Numbered from the stretch's first letter, positions 12,215 through 25,662 are shown. The stretch is 64,000 nt of DNA from Octopus vulgaris (GCA_951406725.2 OX597827.1:3348001-3412000), one strand, 5' to 3'. The notes: a model not told the origin generated them from the letters alone. Made by a program: numbers and translations.

Positions 12215-12605
12215 CATCTTTTACGTTTTATTTGTTTCAGCCATTAAAAAGTGGCCATGCTGGGGCACTGCCTTGGAGGGTTTTAGTTGAACAACTTGTC
12301 CCTAGTACTTATTTTTTAAAGTCTGGTGCTTATTCTATTGGTCACTTTTGCCAAAACTGCTACAATTCAGGGATGTAAACAAACCAACTCTGATAGTCAA
12401 TTGGGTAGAGAGGGGTAGACGAACATAAACACAAACACACATATATGTAAATACACACACATACACAACAGGCTTCCACACAGTTTCTGTGTACCAAATT
12501 CACTCACAAGCACTTTATCAGAAGTCACTTGCCCAAGGTGCCATGCAGTGAGACTAGACCCAAAACCATGTGATTGCAAAGTAAGCTTCTTAACCATACA
12601 GCCAC
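12215..12605 (-). mobile_element. SINE family A
   Basis: Reverse-complement similarity to 11494-11885. Confidence 0.85.
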
Positions 12606-13732
12606 ATGAAAAATATATTGAAATACAGACTAAATTTTTGATTATTCTTTTACTGGTCAAATTCAGTGGACTGCCACTATGCTAGGACACCAACGCCAAA
12701 GATATAGGCAAATATATTGGTCATTACTAGACACTACATTGGTCATTACTAGTAATATAATTTCTTTCAGATATTTCTGTTTATAATAATTGATATCATA
12801 AAATATTTCCAAATAATAGTCCTACAAGCAAGTCGCTTGCTATGCTGGTCTGGAAAAACATTCAGAGACGTGATTTGCTTCTTGCAAGACATTGCATAAA
12901 CATGACTAATGATAATTAATCAAGAAACTTTATTAATCTTCTCAAATATATAACATGAAACTTCGTTAAAGTTCAGTTCTTCGTTATTTTGCAAACATGC
13001 AAACTCGAGTCATAAAATATATAATCATGCGACTAACCCAAACTCTCAAAAATTCCAGCCTTGTGCCAAAATTTCAAACCATTAATTGCCTTAATACATT
13101 TTTTGCAATATAATTATCAGGTCAGCAAGGGTGGCATGTGTCTTAACGTGCTGAGCAGTAATTAATTTTATTGATTAATGGCCAAGTTCAAATCCTGCCA
13201 ATCAGTTTCAGCATAGTATTTTATCCCACCACTGGTCTGCAAAACATATTTACTATATTCATTTCAATAGACTACAATTGCTCTAACACACCACGTGTGT
13301 GTGTGTGTGTGTGTGTGTTTACATAATGCAAAAGAAATCTATAAAAAGTCAAGGGTCACCAACTGACAGAGGTACATGAAAACCCAGGTAACAGGTTGGG
13401 CACAGATGACAACAAGCAGCTCTTTTGCTTACCATTTAGGACATTCATGAGGAAACTGTGACCCATAGGAATGCACACCTAATTAGAAGTGCAGTCTGCC
13501 TAGCAACATGCCAGGACTCATACATCCCATTCCTTTAGAAAGATCACCCGTGACTGATGTAGGATATCTTTTTAATCTCTTATTCATTTACTTGGTCTAT
13601 GGCTATGTTAGGGTACTGATTGTAAGTCATAGTTGAATAGATATACCTATATTCTTGATGGGTAATTATTTTATTTGATTATATGATGTGCCTATGTATA
13701 CCTGATTAATGTAGATAATATGTATATAGATG

Positions 13733-14090
13733 TAGGTATGGCTGTGTAGTAAAGGGTTTACTGTCCAATTACAGAGTTTGGGGTTGAGTTCCATTGTGTA
13801 ACGCCTCGGACTAAGCCTTATGAATGGACTTGGTAGACAGAAATTGAAAGAAAACTGTTGTATATTTGTGTGTGTGTGTGTGTGTCTTTGTCCCTCAGTA
13901 CACTGCCTGACAATGGGTGTTGGTTTGTTTACATCCCTGTAACTTAGCAGTTCAGCAAAAAAAAGGACAAATAAAATAAGTAACAAGCTTAAAAGAAAGT
14001 GCTGAGGTTGATTCGTTTGACTAAAAATTCTCCAAGGTGGTGCCTCACTATGTCCGCAGTCTAATAACTGAAACAAGTAAAAGATAAAAA
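13733..14090 (+). mobile_element. SINE family A
   Basis: Head ggctgtgtagtaaag, hinge, tail aataactgaaacaagtaaaagataaaa. Confidence 0.85.
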
Positions 14091-14099
14091 ATATATATA

Positions 14100-14307
14100 A
14101 AGTAACCCCTTGCCATATCGGGGTTCATCTATCACACCACACTCAGTACATCACAGATTTTTCTGGCTAATATATGTAAATTTACATCGTGGATTTCTCA
14201 TTATATCTGGGTTTCTGCAACCAATAGGTATTTATATTTTTTTAGATTTTAATTATTTCTGTGGGAGGTTTCGGAATATAACAACCATGATAGCTGAGGG
14301 ATTACTG
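14100..14307. mobile_element. pogo/Tigger-like MITE
   Basis: Degenerate TIRs aagtaaccccttgccatatc / gatagctgagggattactg (rc CAGTAATCCCTC), flanked by TA on both sides. Confidence 0.6.
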
Positions 14308-14793
14308 TATATATATGGTCAGTAGTTCATATATCCAAAAAATAAGCACACTCTAAAGCATTAGAGCAGTAATGTATATATATATACATACATACACATC
14401 TTTATATATTAATATATTTTATATGTAAAGCATAATGTTATACATGTATGTATATTCTTGTAAGTATCAGTTTAGTAAATAAATAAATAAACAGACATAA
14501 TATAATGTCTAAAAGTTGATGAATACCACCTATTGATCCCCTCCATTTTCTTATTGCTCTCTCTCTCTCTCTCTCTCTGTATATATATATATATATATAT
14601 GATAATAATAATAAAGGTGGCTTATTTACAATCTACAACTGAAAGGTAAAACAACAGAGGTCACTAAAGTGACTAAGGGCACTAGTTAGCACCAGGACTG
14701 CTAGAAATAAGAGTCAAAACAACTCATAGGCATGATAAAGCACTTACCTCATGACTAACAAGGGAGGCAAGCTCCCTACAATATCTGGAGCAT

Positions 14794-14843
14794 AGCCAGA
14801 TCGTCAGTGATTTTGCATTTTAATTAATGCTCATCAGTGTCTC
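14794..14843 (-). ncRNA. Degenerate type I hammerhead ribozyme motif
   Basis: Minus strand: agaca CTGATGA gcatt aattaa aatgc aAAA tc actgac ga TC tggct. 5-bp stem II; G12>A and the stem III change fit CpG decay. It lies about 200 bp from the (TA)n tract at 14580. Confidence 0.55.
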
Positions 14844-15551
14844 TTACCTGGCTGCCAAGGATTAAGCCAGTTCATCTTGTCAATTTATTCTTGTTACCAT
14901 AGAAATTTCACACTGATTTCATAAATTGCTTATAGCATTCTACATCTACAATCTTTCATCTTTTACTTGTTTCAGTCATTAGACTGTGGTTATGCTGGGG
15001 CACCACCTTGAAGAAATTTTAATTGAATGAATCAAACCCACTGCACTTTTTTCTCTATTTTTTTTTAAAGTCTGTTATTTATTCCATTGGTCTTTTTTGC
15101 AAAATTGCTAAGTTAAGGGGATGTAAACACACCAACATCAGAGCAATAAACACAGACACAAAGACACACACACATATAATAACTGTATATAATATATATC
15201 ATAATGATATTTCTTCTCCAATGTGAAGCAACAATTTTTATATGTAAACAAATGACTGAAAAATGGTGAGCTAACCTCATGCAGAATCAAACTCACGAAT
15301 CAACACTTTCATAGCTCCTGGTGAATCTGATTGGCCAAACACTCACCCATCAATTTCAGTCAAATTTAGTTAATCTATACTTAAACAGTCTTGATACTAA
15401 ATAGATAATATTTATGTAAACAAACCTGAAAGGTTTTGCAAGTTACAGAGAGAAAGTTGCTATGGAAGGCTCATAGTATAACTGTATAACAACTTAGGAA
15501 GTGTCGAATGTGTTTGGTATCTTACAGACAAGAAAGTCAATTTGAAAATAA

Positions 15552-15592
<41 letters not shown>

Positions 15593-15595
<3 letters not shown>

Positions 15596-15763
15596 TCATC
15601 ATCATCATCATTTAACGTCCGTTTTCCATGCTAGCACAGGTTGGACGGTTTGACTGGGGTCTGGGAAGCCAGGGGCTGAACCAGGCTCCAGTCTGATCTG
15701 ACAGTGTTTCTAAAGCTGGATGCCCTTCCTAAAGCCAACCACTCCGTGAGTGTAGTGGGTGCT
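15593..15763 (-). mobile_element. RTE LINE 3' tail (fused to a 5S rRNA fragment)
   Basis: tcatcatcatttaacgtccgttttccatgctagc...gtgtagtgggtgct, matching 30985-31157. Confidence 0.9.
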
Positions 15764-15822
15764 CGATGTTGCTTAACTTCGGTGATCGGATGAGAACTGG
15801 TGTTTTCAACGTGATATGGCCG

Positions 15823-15825
<3 letters not shown>
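15761..15825 (-). pseudogene. 5S rRNA 5' fragment (about nt 3-67)
   Basis: Minus strand TTACGGCCATATCACGTTGAAAACACCAGTTCTCATCCGATCACCGAAGTTAAGCAACATCGAGC matches the 5' half of metazoan 5S rRNA including box A; there is no intermediate element or box C. Confidence 0.9.
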
Positions 15826-15864
<39 letters not shown>

Positions 15865-15962
15865 GTAATATATATATATATATAAACGTAATATATTATC
15901 ATCATCATCATCGTTTAACGTCCGCTTTCCATGCTAGCATGGGTTGGACGGTATATATAAAC

Positions 15963-16001
<39 letters not shown>

Positions 16002-16099
16002 AACGTAATATATATATATAAACGTAATATATCATCATCATCATCATCGTTTAACGTCCGCTTTCCATGCTAGCATGGGTTGGACGGTATATATAAATG

Positions 16100-16135
<36 letters not shown>

Positions 16136-16152
16136 ATATATATATATAAACG

Positions 16153-16222
<70 letters not shown>

Positions 16223-16350
16223 GTAATATATATATATATATAATATATATATATATATAAACGTAATTATATATATATATATAAACGTAATTATATATAT
16301 ATATATATAAACGTAATTATATATATATATATATAAACGTAATATATATG

Positions 16351-16389
<39 letters not shown>

Positions 16390-16390
16390 C
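15826..16390. repeat. (TA)n array punctuated by aaacgtaa units and two near-identical ~55-bp RTE tail stubs (15898-15952, 16033-16088)
   Basis: Read directly from the sequence. Confidence 0.9.
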
Positions 16391-16779
16391 TTTTATATAT
16401 TTGTTGTGCAAGATTTTTCATGTGAAGTCGTGTGTTGAAACAGACATTGTTGTATTTTGGAATGGTCATTTTGCCAGTTTAGCCAATATATATATATATA
16501 TATACATACATATATATATATAGATAGATTTCCGTCTACCAAATCCTCTCACAAGGCTTTGGCTGGTCCAAAGTTATAGAAGACATTTGCCCAAGGAACC
16601 ACACAGCCACTCAGTGGGACTGAACCTGGAAATATATATGGTTGAGAAGCAAGCTTCTTACCACACAGCCACACCTGCACCTATAACCATTGCCACCTTT
16701 ACACTTTACCAATATACCAACCCTTTTTTAATGTACCTAAATACCTGCCCCCCCCCCCCCCACTATTTGCATCAGTGTT

Positions 16780-17240
16780 GAAAATATTTATGCTTGTTGT
16801 TAATTTTTTGTTATTGTTATTCCTGTTGTTGTAATTGCTGTTTTTGTTGCTGTTGTTGTTGTTATAGGAATTGGTTGTTGTTGTTGCTAATTATTTTCTT
16901 CAAGAAAATTGGTTTCTTAAGTCAAAGTGTTGCCAGATAATTCTGATTTATATTGAAAGATCAAAGAATTAGGCAGCAGCCAGAAGAGTTGTTGTTGTTG
17001 TTGTAGTTGTGGTGGTGGTGGTGGTTGTAATGATGATAGTGCTGCAGGTAGATGTGTTGATAGTGATAGTGGTGGTGCTGGAGAATGTGTTGATAGTGGT
17101 GGTGGTGGTGGTGGTGGTTGAACTTGCTGTAATAGCAGTAAATGGTTATCATTATCCTGGTGGTAGTGATGGTGATATTGCTAGTGTTGGAGTGGTGGTG
17201 TTAGGAGTAGTCATAATCATGGTGGTGGTGGTGTTGGGGG
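16780..17240. repeat. (GTT)n/(GGT)n low-complexity tract
   Basis: Trinucleotide repeats; explains the poly-V and poly-H ORFs. Confidence 0.85.
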
Positions 17241-17789
17241 AGAGAAATAGATTAGCAAATCACGATCGTCTCATCCCAGCAGTTAGGGACTTCAAATAGA
17301 TAATAGGAATCTTGTGATGTTAAAGAGAGAGAAAGAGTTTAGTTGCATTAGTGACCGTTGGTCAAAACATATGGTGTTAGAAATAGTGTTAGGTAACGCA
17401 GTGGTGTTGAAATAGATTGTTTAGGGATTAAGGGTAGCAGCAATGATGGGAGATTTCATGGTGGTAGAAATTTTGGACTTTAGTAATGCTAATGGAGGCT
17501 ATGAGACACATCGACACAGCTGTTTTGGTGCCACCTATATGGCATCACTGATTTGATGCTAATTTATTTGATATCAGTGGTCTTCAAGTTTTTCACATTC
17601 TCTTCCTCCCTCTTTTTCTCTCTCTCTCTCTCCTTCACTCTTTCTCTCTCACTCTTTTTCTCTCTCCCTCACTTTTTTTCTCTGCATGAGCGTATTTCTA
17701 CACACACGTGTGTGTGTGTGTGCGCGCATGCCCTTGTTGAGATATCTTGTAATCATTGTAAATGATCCTCAATTATCATACAAGTGAGT

Positions 17790-18130
17790 TTGTTAGTTTC
17801 CAGTCTTCCATGAAAAGTGTATCTGATTAAGAAATATTACTTTGGTTGGAAGCCAACGAGGGCTGGTGACAGGAAGAGCATCCAGATGTAGAAAATTTGC
17901 ATTAACAAATTCTATCTCACCCATGCAAGTATGGAAAAAGTGGTCGTTAAATGATGATGACGATGATGATGATGGTGTGTGCGTGTGTGTGTGTATTTCA
18001 TTTACCAAATTCACAAATAAGGCATTGAGTAACTTTGGGCTATAGCAGAAGACACTAACAAATGTCCCACACGGTGCGATTGAACCCAAATTCAAATAGT
18101 TGTGAAGTCAATTTCGTAACCACAGAACCA
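17790..18130. mobile_element. F-type RTE-tailed fragment (+, 17790-17975) next to a SINE A head (-, 17995-18130)
   Basis: gggctggtgacaggaagagcatccagatgtagaaaa...atggaaaaagtggtcgttaaatgatgatga; then ttcatttaccaaattcac...gaacccaaa. Confidence 0.7.
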
Positions 18131-18342
18131 AGGAAACAGTATATAATATGTCTGTCACGTTTCTCTTTTATGATAATGACATAATAGAGTGTGAAGAAAA
18201 TTTGTCTGTGATTTCTCTTCCTAAAAGTTCAAACAACTAAATAGAGAATTCCTCATTGCCTCATGGCCTATGTTTTTATTGTAATGAAACTCCATTCAGC
18301 TCTGATAAAACAGACTTATGCCACATTGGTATTTAGTATAGC

Positions 18343-18609
18343 CAGGGCTGAGGAGTCGAAACAAAAAACTTTGACTCCTCTACTATTGGCACTTCCGACT
18401 CCAACTCTGACTCCTCTTTATGTAATCAAGTGATTGTGTTCTACATATCTCATAAAGCATATGCATGTGCTTGTACTCTGAGTAGGCCTATGTGTTACAA
18501 CTGGTTTATATTAAAGAGTAAAGACATTGTGAGTCGTAATCAGTCAGTATAGTTTTACTGACTCCGACTCCAGCTTCCCCTTGTTTCCAACTACGAGTCC
18601 TCAGCCTTG
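18343..18609. mobile_element. hAT-superfamily MITE with a perfect 8-bp TSD
   Basis: TIRs CAGGGCTGAGGAGTCG / CGAGTCCTCAGCCTTG; TSD AGTATAGC at 18335-18342 and 18610-18617; subterminal GACTCC repeats. Confidence 0.9.
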
Positions 18610-18799
18610 AGTATAGCGAAGGACTATATTACATCCACTATACAAGGATTGCTTAGCTTAAAGGTACAGAGCACTCAACTGGAATTTGAGAGGTGCAGGG
18701 CTCAATTTTTAAATTCCAACAGAGAAAGGATATACTGAATAATGCAGTTATACACATATATATATATGTATATATATGTATGTATGTATGTATGTATAT

Positions 18800-19044
18800 A
18801 TCATCATCATCATTTAGCGTCCGCTAAATGATGCTAGCATGGGTTGGATGGTTCAACTGGGGTCTGTGAAGCCAGAAGGCTGCATCAGGCCCAGTCTGAT
18901 CTGGCAGTGTTTCTACGGCTGGATGCCCTTCCTAACGACAACCACTCTATGAGTGTAGTGGGTGCTTTTTACGTGCCACCCGCACAGGTGCCAGACGGAG
19001 CTGGCAAACGGCCACGGACGGATGGTGCTTTTTACGTGCCACCG
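18800..19044 (-). mobile_element. RTE LINE 3' tail
   Basis: (TA)n-catcatcatcatttagcgtccgc...tgcttttacgtgccacc twice. Confidence 0.9.
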
Positions 19045-19363
19045 TACTGCATTATTCAGTATATCCTTTCTCAAGACAGTAGTTGGTATTTAAGGGTGAC
19101 TTGGGTGTTATTTATTGGCTAAGCTCCCTTTTGGTTTCATTGTTGTTATTTAACCACAAGATCTTAATGCAAGTACTATAATTTTCATTTTGATTTTCAG
19201 CCATGGTCTGTTTAGGACTACATTATCCAACGTAGCAGTCTTTTTTTGTAATAGGTATATGATTTGAAGGAGGTTCAGCAGTTATTTCTAGCAAATCAAG
19301 CAACCATGTAGGAGCTGTGTAGAGATAATAGCAGTGTGTACATGTAGGTGTGTGTGTGTGTGT

Positions 19364-19405
<42 letters not shown>

Positions 19406-20596
19406 AGAGGAGGGCAGTTTGCACTGATAGTAAAAATGGAAAATGCATGAGCTCCATGTTGATCCATTCTCGTTCAACTAAACGATCCGTTAATTAATTG
19501 TCAGTCAATTATTCAATTATGAGATGGCTGTTACAAGTTTCCACTTCTAAAGGACAATTATTGCATTTTTGGTTCTATGATAAAAAACAGAATGGCTCTT
19601 GGAAAATTTAGTCAAGGGGATGATGTTGTTACGTAAGGCTCCTTGTGTGGGTGTGTGTGTATGTGTGTGTGAGAGTACATGTGGGTATGTACGGATATGT
19701 TTGTTTAAATGTGTGTGTAAGAATGAATCATGCAGGGAAGGCAGAGTGAAGGGTTAATGTATATAGATGAATGCATGTGTATCAATGTATCTGCATGTGG
19801 GCATGAGTGCATGTGCATGTGTGTGTGTGTAGATGTCGTTGAAAAAATAACCAGGATTGTGTTTGTTATCCTCTGTTTGTCTACATGTGTGTATGAGTGT
19901 ATACATATTCGGTTATATGTGTATGTGTGTGTGTATATGTTAAAAAAGACTATACAAGTTTAATATGCTTGTAATTGTATATATGAACATATATATATAT
20001 ATATATATATAGATGTTCATATATGAACATATATATATAGATGTTCATATATATATATATATGTTCATGTGTGTGCATGAAGGTGGGTATATGTGCATGC
20101 ATGCAAAATTATTGAAGAAGACCATGCAGGGTTAGTGTGCATGTTATTGTATATATGCATATTTATACGTGTGTGTGTGTGCAGGTGGGTGTATGTATAT
20201 GGGTGTATGTGTGTAAATATATTGAAAAAGACAATAGTATGTTATTTTATATGTATGTGTGTAATTGTGTACAATGATGTTTTTGTGTGCATGTGTACAT
20301 GTGAATTTGCATGTGGCCATATAAACATGTAGTTGTGGATAAGAGAGTGAGTCTAGATGAATAACAATGTGTGTGTGTGTGTGTGTGTGTACGTGTGTGC
20401 ATGTCTGTATTGATGTTGAATTACATGAATATATGCATCCTTTTACATCAATTCATGTGCATAAATGCATCAGTGATGTGCCGTGTGTGTGTGTGTATGT
20501 GTGGGTGCATTTGCATGTGTTTATGTGTCAATGACCATAGATGCATGAGTAAATATGAATGCATCCATTGATGGAAAGCTACATATATTCACACGT

Positions 20597-20646
<50 letters not shown>

Positions 20647-20994
20647 TTATATACAAAAACACATCTACTTGTACATAAATACACACACACACACATCATC
20701 ATCATCATTATCCTCATCTTCATCGTTTTACTGTCTGCTTTTCCATGCTTCCAAGGGTCAGATGAGATTATCTTAGGCAGATGCCTTGAGTCCAGATGCC
20801 ATTCCTGCTGCCCCCCTACTCTTGTCCCCATCTATAGTAATAATCTCTTTGCCTACCAAACAATAAACAGCCCAAATATGCTTTCAGAGTGGTCGACAAG
20901 TAAATGACAACATCAGGAAGCTATTATTTACAAGGCAACAAACAGAAAGGAAATATAAACTCACAGAACCACACACACACAGACATGCATACAC

Positions 20995-21037
<43 letters not shown>

Positions 21038-21056
21038 TGGATGGATGGATGGATGG

Positions 21057-21109
<53 letters not shown>

Positions 21110-21112
<3 letters not shown>

Positions 21113-21365
21113 CTTCTTTCAGTTTCATCTACAAATTCACTTACAAAGCTTCGGTCATCCTAGAGTTATAATAGGAGCCCTTGCACGAGGTGCCATGCAG
21201 TAGAACTGAACCCCAGACCATATGGTTGGAAGACAAACTTGCTCACTGGTATTTCGTCTGCCGCTGCGTGTTTGCTTCCCAGCCACATAGTTCTGAGTTC
21301 AGTCCTACTGCGTGACACCTTGAACAAATGTCTTCTGCTATATTCCCAAACCAAACAAAGCCTTT
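21110..21365. mobile_element. Two SINE A head fragments in head-to-head orientation (-: 21110-21240; +: 21270-21365)
   Basis: ggcttctttcagtttc...gaactgaaccc...; cttcccagccacatagttctgagttcagtcctactgcgtgacaccttgaac. Confidence 0.7.
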
Positions 21366-21475
21366 AAGTTGTAATATTTTTCTTGTTTATTTACAAAGAA
21401 TATAAGATTTATATTGTAATGTGATACATTATTTCACTTTTATACTTTTACTTTTAATTCTAGCCACTGCGGTAA

Positions 21476-22100
21476 CATCACATTTTGTGTATGACTGTGT
21501 ATCTGTCTGCGAATGTATGTGAGTGTATGAGTGTGTATATGTCTCACAATGTGTGTGTGTGTCTTTCCACATTAGGTACGTTATTAAACACACTATATGT
21601 ATGTGAAGACCGGTCAGTGTCAATACGAAATTTTGTTTTCATTTCAATTAAAACAACGTAACATTTCATAGAGACAACCTTTCTATTGTCAACAGGACAT
21701 CTTATACTACAACGACAACGACGTCACATTTTGTATGTGACTGTGTATCGTTCTGTGAGTGTATGTGTGTAGGTGCATGAGAGTGCATATGTCTTATAGT
21801 ATGTGTGTCTTCCTGCATTAGGTACATTATTAAAAACACACACGCATCTACACATATGTATGCATATGTGACGACTGACATGTGTGAATGTATGTCTGTG
21901 TGTGTCTATCTTACTATATGTAAGTGAGGGCTGGCCAGTGTCAATACATCTTTCTATTGTCAACAGGACATTTTATACCACAACAACAACATTACATTTT
22001 GTATATGACATTGTATCTGTCTGTGAGTGTATGAGAGTGTATATGTCTCATAGAGAGTGTGTCGTCTTTCTGCATTAGGTACGTTATTAAACATACACAC
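21476..22100. repeat. Diverged tandem repeat, about 2.5 units of ~245-270 bp
   Basis: acattttgt..tgac..tgtatc...cattaggtac.ttattaaa recurs from 21476, 21721 and 21989; ctttctattgtcaacaggacat occurs twice. Confidence 0.8.
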
Positions 22101-22985
22101 ACATATATATATATATCTATCTTGCAACAGTTAGCTGTGAACTTAATCTTGGTCTGCTTGGCATCCTACTTCATGTTCCTGAAATTCATATCTACAGCTT
22201 TATCGGTATATTTACCTTCTTTAGGATGTTACTCACTGATTTGAGAACTTTACATTATTGGAAAACCTATATGAAATTAGCTGAAGATTACTTGACATAT
22301 TATATCTGCTGTAATATTTGCAGCTTTAATAAATTGTTATAGTATGAAACAATTGTACTAAATTACCGGATCCATTCTTGTTGCTTATTTTTGGGTATAT
22401 ATATATATATATATATGTATAAATACCAACAAACCTGAAGACTGCACCAACAAAGCAGTTTCCTGTTTTCCAATTACTCCCACCAACCATGTGATAAGAC
22501 ATTATGCCTTAATTTTTCAAGTACTTCATTACTACATATTCTCATGTGACTACATAGGCCCACTTTATGTTTCTTATTCTACAGCCACACCAGCAATTCA
22601 ATGTCAACCCTTCGCCTTCTGTAAGTTCACCTTGCCGTTGCCGTCTCCCATTGCAGCCCATTTCTGGAATGTACCCATTTACGCACAGAATCTCCATTGC
22701 ACCTCTATTCATATGACTGCCAACCATATGATGGGTGATGTTAGATGCAGTACTGACTGCCTCAAAGGTGAGTACATCCACTGACAGCTTTTCGGTGGGT
22801 TAAAAAATCACATACCATCTCACAACCAATTTTCCCAACAGGGCCTGGAATCCTCCAAATGGATGTATTACATGTCGCTTAGTTGTATTAGACCATCATT
22901 TACCCCACAAATGTTTTGTTGTCAATACTGCACTTTATCATATCACCTGTTTCAATATAACTGTAATATATAAATATACAAACTA

Positions 22986-23192
22986 TACCTATTTCTTTAT
23001 TACCCACAGGGGGCTAAACATAGAAGGGACAAAGACAGACATAGGTATTAAGTCGATTACATCGACCCCAGTGCGTAACTGGTACTTAACTTATCGACCC
23101 CGAAAGGATGAAAGGCAAAGTCGACCTCGGCGGAATTTGAACTCACAACGTAACGACAGACAAATTAAGGCTACGCATTTCGCCCGGCATGC
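22986..23192 (-). mobile_element. SINE family B
   Basis: Reverse complement of the 184-bp unit at 39617-39800; ends ...aaagaaataggtat. Confidence 0.9.
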
Positions 23193-23457
23193 TACCTATA
23201 CCATTTTAACCCCAAGCACTGCTGGGTATCTCTGCAAGGAATTTATAAATAGTTTCTGTAATGTGTTCATGTACTTTCCTTAAGTGGGTTTATAAACACT
23301 GGTTGTTTTTGTCCTATTCTTCACTAAAGTCTGAAGATGAGGAATATAAAGCAAGCAGGAATGGTTTGGGAAGTTCTCAGATTCCAATAAATATATTTCT
23401 ATGTTTTATGCTAAATGCTCAATGCTCTCTTTTTAGATGTTCTCACAATTTCTTTGG

Positions 23458-23499
<42 letters not shown>

Positions 23500-23585
23500 A
23501 AACTATCACAAAATGTATTTCATAAAATTATTTTAGCATTTTCTACCTTGTCTTATTTTCCTTATATATATATACATACATACAT

Positions 23586-23630
<45 letters not shown>

Positions 23631-23632
23631 TA

Positions 23633-24350
23633 TAACTTAGAATAACTTAGAAAGGTTTTGGCCAGTATTGGCCCAGGCCATGTCTAACTTAATAGCACCA
23701 CCTGGCGAAGTCTTTCAATACAGGATTTGGGCACCGAGGCCCATTCGAGCAGAGAGTTATTGTTTGCGGAGACATATCCGGGTGTGGGTGGTTTGTCCGG
23801 GACTGTTTGAAGGAATTTGTCCAAAGACTTCTTGAATTTTGTGTGGTCAGTTTCTTTTTTGACATGTCCTGGTGTAATGTTGAAGAGAGTGGGTCCAATT
23901 GAGGTGAAATAGTTGTGCCGTATTGTCGTTATGTGATGCGATTTAGATTTTTGCTGTGGATGGATGGCACGTGGTCCAAGCCTTGGATGTATTTTGAAGG
24001 TGATGCCAACATCATTCAGACAGTGCTGATGGAATATTTTCCACATCATACAGATAATGTAGCGTTCACGGCATCATTGGAGTGAATACAGTTTCAACTT
24101 CTCTAGTCTACCCCAGTAGTCAAGGTCTGACATGCCATCTATCTTTTTTTGTGATTGACCATTGGGGAGCTTCAATTCTCATAATAGTTTGTTTTGTGTA
24201 GGGAGACCACAGTGGACAGCAGTATTCAAGGTGGGGTAGGGCAAAAGTGGAGAAGAGAAGGATAATAGTGTGGGAATATCTCGACTGGAAGGTTCTGAGA
24301 ATCCAGGAACACATTCTGCGGGCCATGTCAACTTTGCTGCTTATATGAGG
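23633..24350 (-). mobile_element. CR1-clade LINE 3' fragment (ORF2 C-terminus, frameshifted) with a terminal repeat
   Basis: ARRMCSWILRTF...PHLEYCCPLWSPY...IE.PQ..ITKKI.GM..LDYW.RLEKLKLYSL..RERY...FKKSLDKFLQTVPDKP; 3' end (TTCTAAGTTA)2 resembles CR1 ATTCT-type terminal repeats. Confidence 0.85.
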
Positions 24351-24373
24351 GAGGTGTATATGTATATGCATGC

Positions 24374-24423
<50 letters not shown>

Positions 24424-24805
24424 AAGCACATATGCATGTGCAAGTACATACAAAGTTCTCTCTACATAGCTTATAACTTAGCAAATTTCATTTATAATGA
24501 ATAGGTGAACCTGAGGCCATGACCAAAGACACATATCTAAAAGTTGAATTGAACCCAACTCAATGTCTTTGAGAATCGAACTTCCTAACCACAGAGCTAG
24601 GCCTGCAGTTATTGTAAATACCGAATCTATCCAGAATTCATTTTTGTCAACAAACATTTGCAATGTGTGTGCGTGTATGCATGTGTGTGTATGTACATAT
24701 GTACCATATATAGATAGATAGATAGATATAGATATGTGTGTGTAAATAAATATATATGTATATATATCCACACACGCACATAAATATAACTTATATATAA
24801 TACAG

Positions 24806-24856
<51 letters not shown>

Positions 24857-24859
<3 letters not shown>

Positions 24860-24950
24860 CCTGATGAAGCCTTCCGGCTTCACAAACCCCAGTTGAACCG
24901 TCCAACGCATGCTAGCATGGAAAACGGACGCTAAACGATGTTGATGATGA
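24857..24950 (+). mobile_element. RTE tail stub inserted between (TA)n tracts
   Basis: catgctagcatggaaaacggacgctaaacgatgttgatgatga, with TA repeats on both sides. Confidence 0.85.
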
Positions 24951-24986
24951 TATATATATATATATACATACATACATATATATACA

Positions 24987-25036
<50 letters not shown>

Positions 25037-25341
25037 TATATATACATACATATATATGCATATATATATATGCATATATATATATACACATATATATGCA
25101 TATATATATACACATATATATGCATATATATATATACATATGCATATATATATATATACATATATATACATATATATATACATATATATGCATATATATA
25201 TACATATATATGCATATATATATACATATATATACATATATATATATGCATATATATGCATATATATATATGCATATATATATATACACATATATATGCA
25301 TATATATATATATGCATATATATATATACACATATATATGC

Positions 25342-25372
<31 letters not shown>

Positions 25373-25520
25373 TATGCATATATATATATATACATATATA
25401 TGCATATATATATACACATATATATGCATATATATATATATACATATATATGCATATATATATATATACATGCATATATATACATTTATATATATATACG
25501 TGCATATATATATATATATA

Positions 25521-25556
<36 letters not shown>

Positions 25557-25600
25557 CATACATATATACATACATATATAAATACTTATATATATATACG

Positions 25601-25644
<44 letters not shown>

Positions 25645-25662
25645 CATACACATATATATATA
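24951..25662. repeat. ~700-bp (TA)n array interrupted by GC/CA dinucleotides
   Basis: tatatatgca / tatataca variants; source of six long spurious YI/HI ORFs. Confidence 0.95.

Larger units (their letters stand above)
14955..16682 (-). mobile_element. SINE A split by about 1.35 kb of nested inserts (tail half 14955-15175, head 16528-16682)
   Basis: Both halves are in the same orientation and break at the microsatellite hinge. Confidence 0.6.

Noticed and set aside
15250-15350. Faint tRNA-like segment on the minus strand
   Set aside because: The boxes are too degenerate and there is no second copy in the window.
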